From a virus, in IMG/VR virus record IMGVR_UViG_3300028549_001120: DNA of 64,000 nt. One strand, given 5' to 3'. The notes beneath the pieces are model-generated. The model had not been told where the DNA came from and made no database searches. It saw only the letters and a program-made list of their open reading frames with translations. The stretch's first letter is position 1. Each line of letters opens with the position of its first letter. Made by a program: the position numbers and the translations under genes. Of this stretch, positions 62,589 to 64,000 are shown piece after piece.

Positions 62589-62620
62589 CAAATGTATATC
62601 TTTTTATTTAGATAAAAAAA
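62589..62620 (-). promoter_or_regulatory. Early-type promoter cassette whose -7 box ends 4 nt before the helicase ATG
   Basis: Minus strand: TTTTTTTTTATCTAAATAAAAAGATA-TACATTTG-CAAT-ATG. Confidence 0.6.
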
Positions 62621-62622
62621 AA

Positions 62623-63444
62623 TTAAGACTTAAATTTTTCTAAAAATTTACTAGGGTCATATAACTTGTCTTTATTTTTAGATTCTTTCGTCAAAGTTAA
62701 TAATGAATCTTTATAACGCTTTAAAGCTGCTTCTCCATAAAGTTGATTAGGATTTGGAACCCTATCTACAAATTCTAGTTTTTCAAATTGGGATTTCAAC
62801 CATTTCTTAATTTCAGCCCCGTTTTCCAATATTTGATTTTTACAGTAAATAAAATTTACATAATCTTCTAGAGTTTCAATTTCAAATTGAATTCCTTTAG
62901 ATTCTAGTAATTCAGAATAGTTCTGGATTACCTGATTTACATTATATAAATTGTCTTTAGCTTTCTCTTCCTCAATTAAAAATTCCCATTCTTTAATCTG
63001 AAATATTTTCTCTTTGTAATATTTGAATTTATTAAGTGCATACTTCTTGTTCATAAGTTCAATCCCAATCTTACAAAAATCTAAATAGCCTTCACGCTGA
63101 CTTAAATTGAAAACCTGATTGAATTCGTCTGAAAGGTTTGAAATTTCCTTAAGTTGTTCATAGTCTCTAGAATTTTTAAGTATGGGAGAAAACCTGTGTC
63201 CTAATAAACTCCTAACTGTTGAAAGAATTCCGTTAAAGACTTCTACATTTCCCTCGGTATTTAATTTTTTTTGGATTCTATCGATTGTAGCTTTTTTATT
63301 AGAAAGTAAAATAGTTCTATTTTTAATCCTTAATTTAAAAGCTTCCCCTAAAATAGAATTCCAATCTGAGTCCTTTAGTGTTACATAAGAACTTAAAACA
63401 GATTTTAGGTTTTCTAAAGTAATATGTAGGCTTGGATTACGCAT
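62623..63444 (-). CDS. Hypothetical protein of the replication module
   Basis: 273-aa ORF between the primase and helicase genes. Confidence 0.65.
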   Translation of the reverse strand: MRNPSLHITLENLKSVLSSYVTLKDSDWNSILGEAFKLRIKNRTILLSNKKATIDRIQKKLNTEGNVEVFNGILSTVRSLLGHRFSPILKNSRDYEQLKEISNLSDEFNQVFNLSQREGYLDFCKIGIELMNKKYALNKFKYYKEKIFQIKEWEFLIEEEKAKDNLYNVNQVIQNYSELLESKGIQFEIETLEDYVNFIYCKNQILENGAEIKKWLKSQFEKLEFVDRVPNPNQLYGEAALKRYKDSLLTLTKESKNKDKLYDPSKFLEKFKS

Positions 63445-64000
63445 ATAATTCGATTGCTTTTGAATAAGTTAAAAATTCTAATTCTGGCAATCTTTCTAAG
63501 AAAAAATCTTTGCCAATTTCATTTACATCCTTTCCATCCAATTCAAAATCTTCAATTGGAAAGATTCTGACTTTTTTATGTGGAATTAGTTTCATTCCAA
63601 TTTGTGCAGCTTTCTGAGTAAAAGATACATTTTGATTTAAACTTCCTTTGTCTGGTATAATATTTATGATTTTTACTGGACTTTTTAAAATCTTTTGAAT
63701 TTGAACTTCTGATAGATTCCATCCTAAAGAAGCTATAGAATTTTCCCCTAAAGTATGTGCATCTGCCCAACCTTCAGTCAAATTTACTTCCTGATAGATT
63801 TGCAAAGCATCTTCATTGAAAAAGATTTCTGATTTGCCGGTTCCAAAATCAGAGGGTGGATTTTTATACTTTAAATAATTCCCAATAAAATCTCTAGCAA
63901 TCCAATAGACTAGGTTTCCATTTTGTTTAAATGGAATAATTATGTAGCCAAAATATTCAGAACTCCTCTCCCCAATATAACCGAATCCCATTAAGTCTAA
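63437..64000 (-). CDS. DnaG-type primase, C-terminal part (5' end beyond the window)
   Basis: YIIIPFKQNGNLVYWIARDF...KYKNP matches the DnaG RNA-polymerase core. Toprim motifs LTEGWADA and IIPDKG...GKDVNE. The frame remains open upstream of the first Met out to base 64000. Confidence 0.7.
   Translation of the reverse strand, partial: LDLMGFGYIGERSSEYFGYIIIPFKQNGNLVYWIARDFIGNYLKYKNPPSDFGTGKSEIFFNEDALQIYQEVNLTEGWADAHTLGENSIASLGWNLSEVQIQKILKSPVKIINIIPDKGSLNQNVSFTQKAAQIGMKLIPHKKVRIFPIEDFELDGKDVNEIGKDFFLERLPELEFLTYSKAIELYA

Noticed and set aside
1560-62620. Treating the repeated ~50-nt cassettes as a CRISPR array or MITE-like mobile elements
   Set aside because: Copies are kilobases apart and always oriented with the genes. 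Each carries a TAnnTTTG box at a fixed distance from a start codon. They have no terminal inverted repeats or target-site duplications. Promoter function explains them.
4244-63388. All plus-strand ORFs in the track (for example 12042-12560, 15398-15865, 23153-23524, 48665-49228, 52270-52563, 59232-59537)
   Set aside because: Each lies antisense inside a longer minus-strand gene with clear motifs. Their products are Ser/Leu/Phe/Ile-rich, as expected from reading A/T-rich coding DNA backwards. None has promoter-like sequence upstream.
12298-63770. Nested minus-strand ORFs in alternative frames (12298-12486, 39744-39965, 57792-57974, 63576-63770)
   Set aside because: They lie entirely inside well-supported genes (spike, terminase, SSB, primase) in another frame. 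They show no start context or conservation cue.
1-64000. Signs of a temperate lifestyle or integrated mobile element (integrase, repressor, att sites, transposase)
   Set aside because: None was found in this window. The small HTH proteins (40629-40862, 45287-45520) are too generic to call a repressor or excisionase. Lifestyle cannot be decided from this fragment.

Overview
AT-rich 64-kb segment of a contractile-tailed dsDNA phage genome. Every credible gene lies on the minus strand, so transcription runs from 64000 towards 1; the plus-strand ORFs in the track look like antisense shadows. Gene order in transcription direction: (1) replication: DnaG-type primase fragment, SF2 helicase, family-A DNA polymerase, gp32-like SSB; (2) nucleotide metabolism and a possible DNA-modification block: a second thymidylate-synthase-fold protein, a methyltransferase-like protein, an AsnB-like amidotransferase, dUTPase; (3) FEN nuclease, SbcCD-like nuclease, thyA, HNH, N6-adenine MTase, RuvC-like resolvase; (4) a ~0.6-kb ORF-free unit with its own promoter and a hairpin plus T-run at its end, carrying tRNA-like motifs; (5) GroES homolog and terminase; (6) about 25 small early-type genes, including dCMP deaminase and a DEDDh exonuclease; (7) the virion module: portal-MuF-ART fusion, protease/scaffold, capsid, connector genes, sheath, tube, chaperone with a -1 frameshift, tape measure, baseplate, fibres; (8) lysis genes, a DUF932 gene, and the start of a DnaB-like gene. 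A ~50-nt promoter cassette with a TAnnTTTG -7 box recurs at least 11 times, and genes lack Shine-Dalgarno sequences. This suggests a Bacteroidota (Flavobacteriia-like) host, which is inference. I found no rRNA, canonical tRNA, CRISPR array, integrase or transposase. All functional calls rest on motifs read by eye and on gene order; no database search was run.
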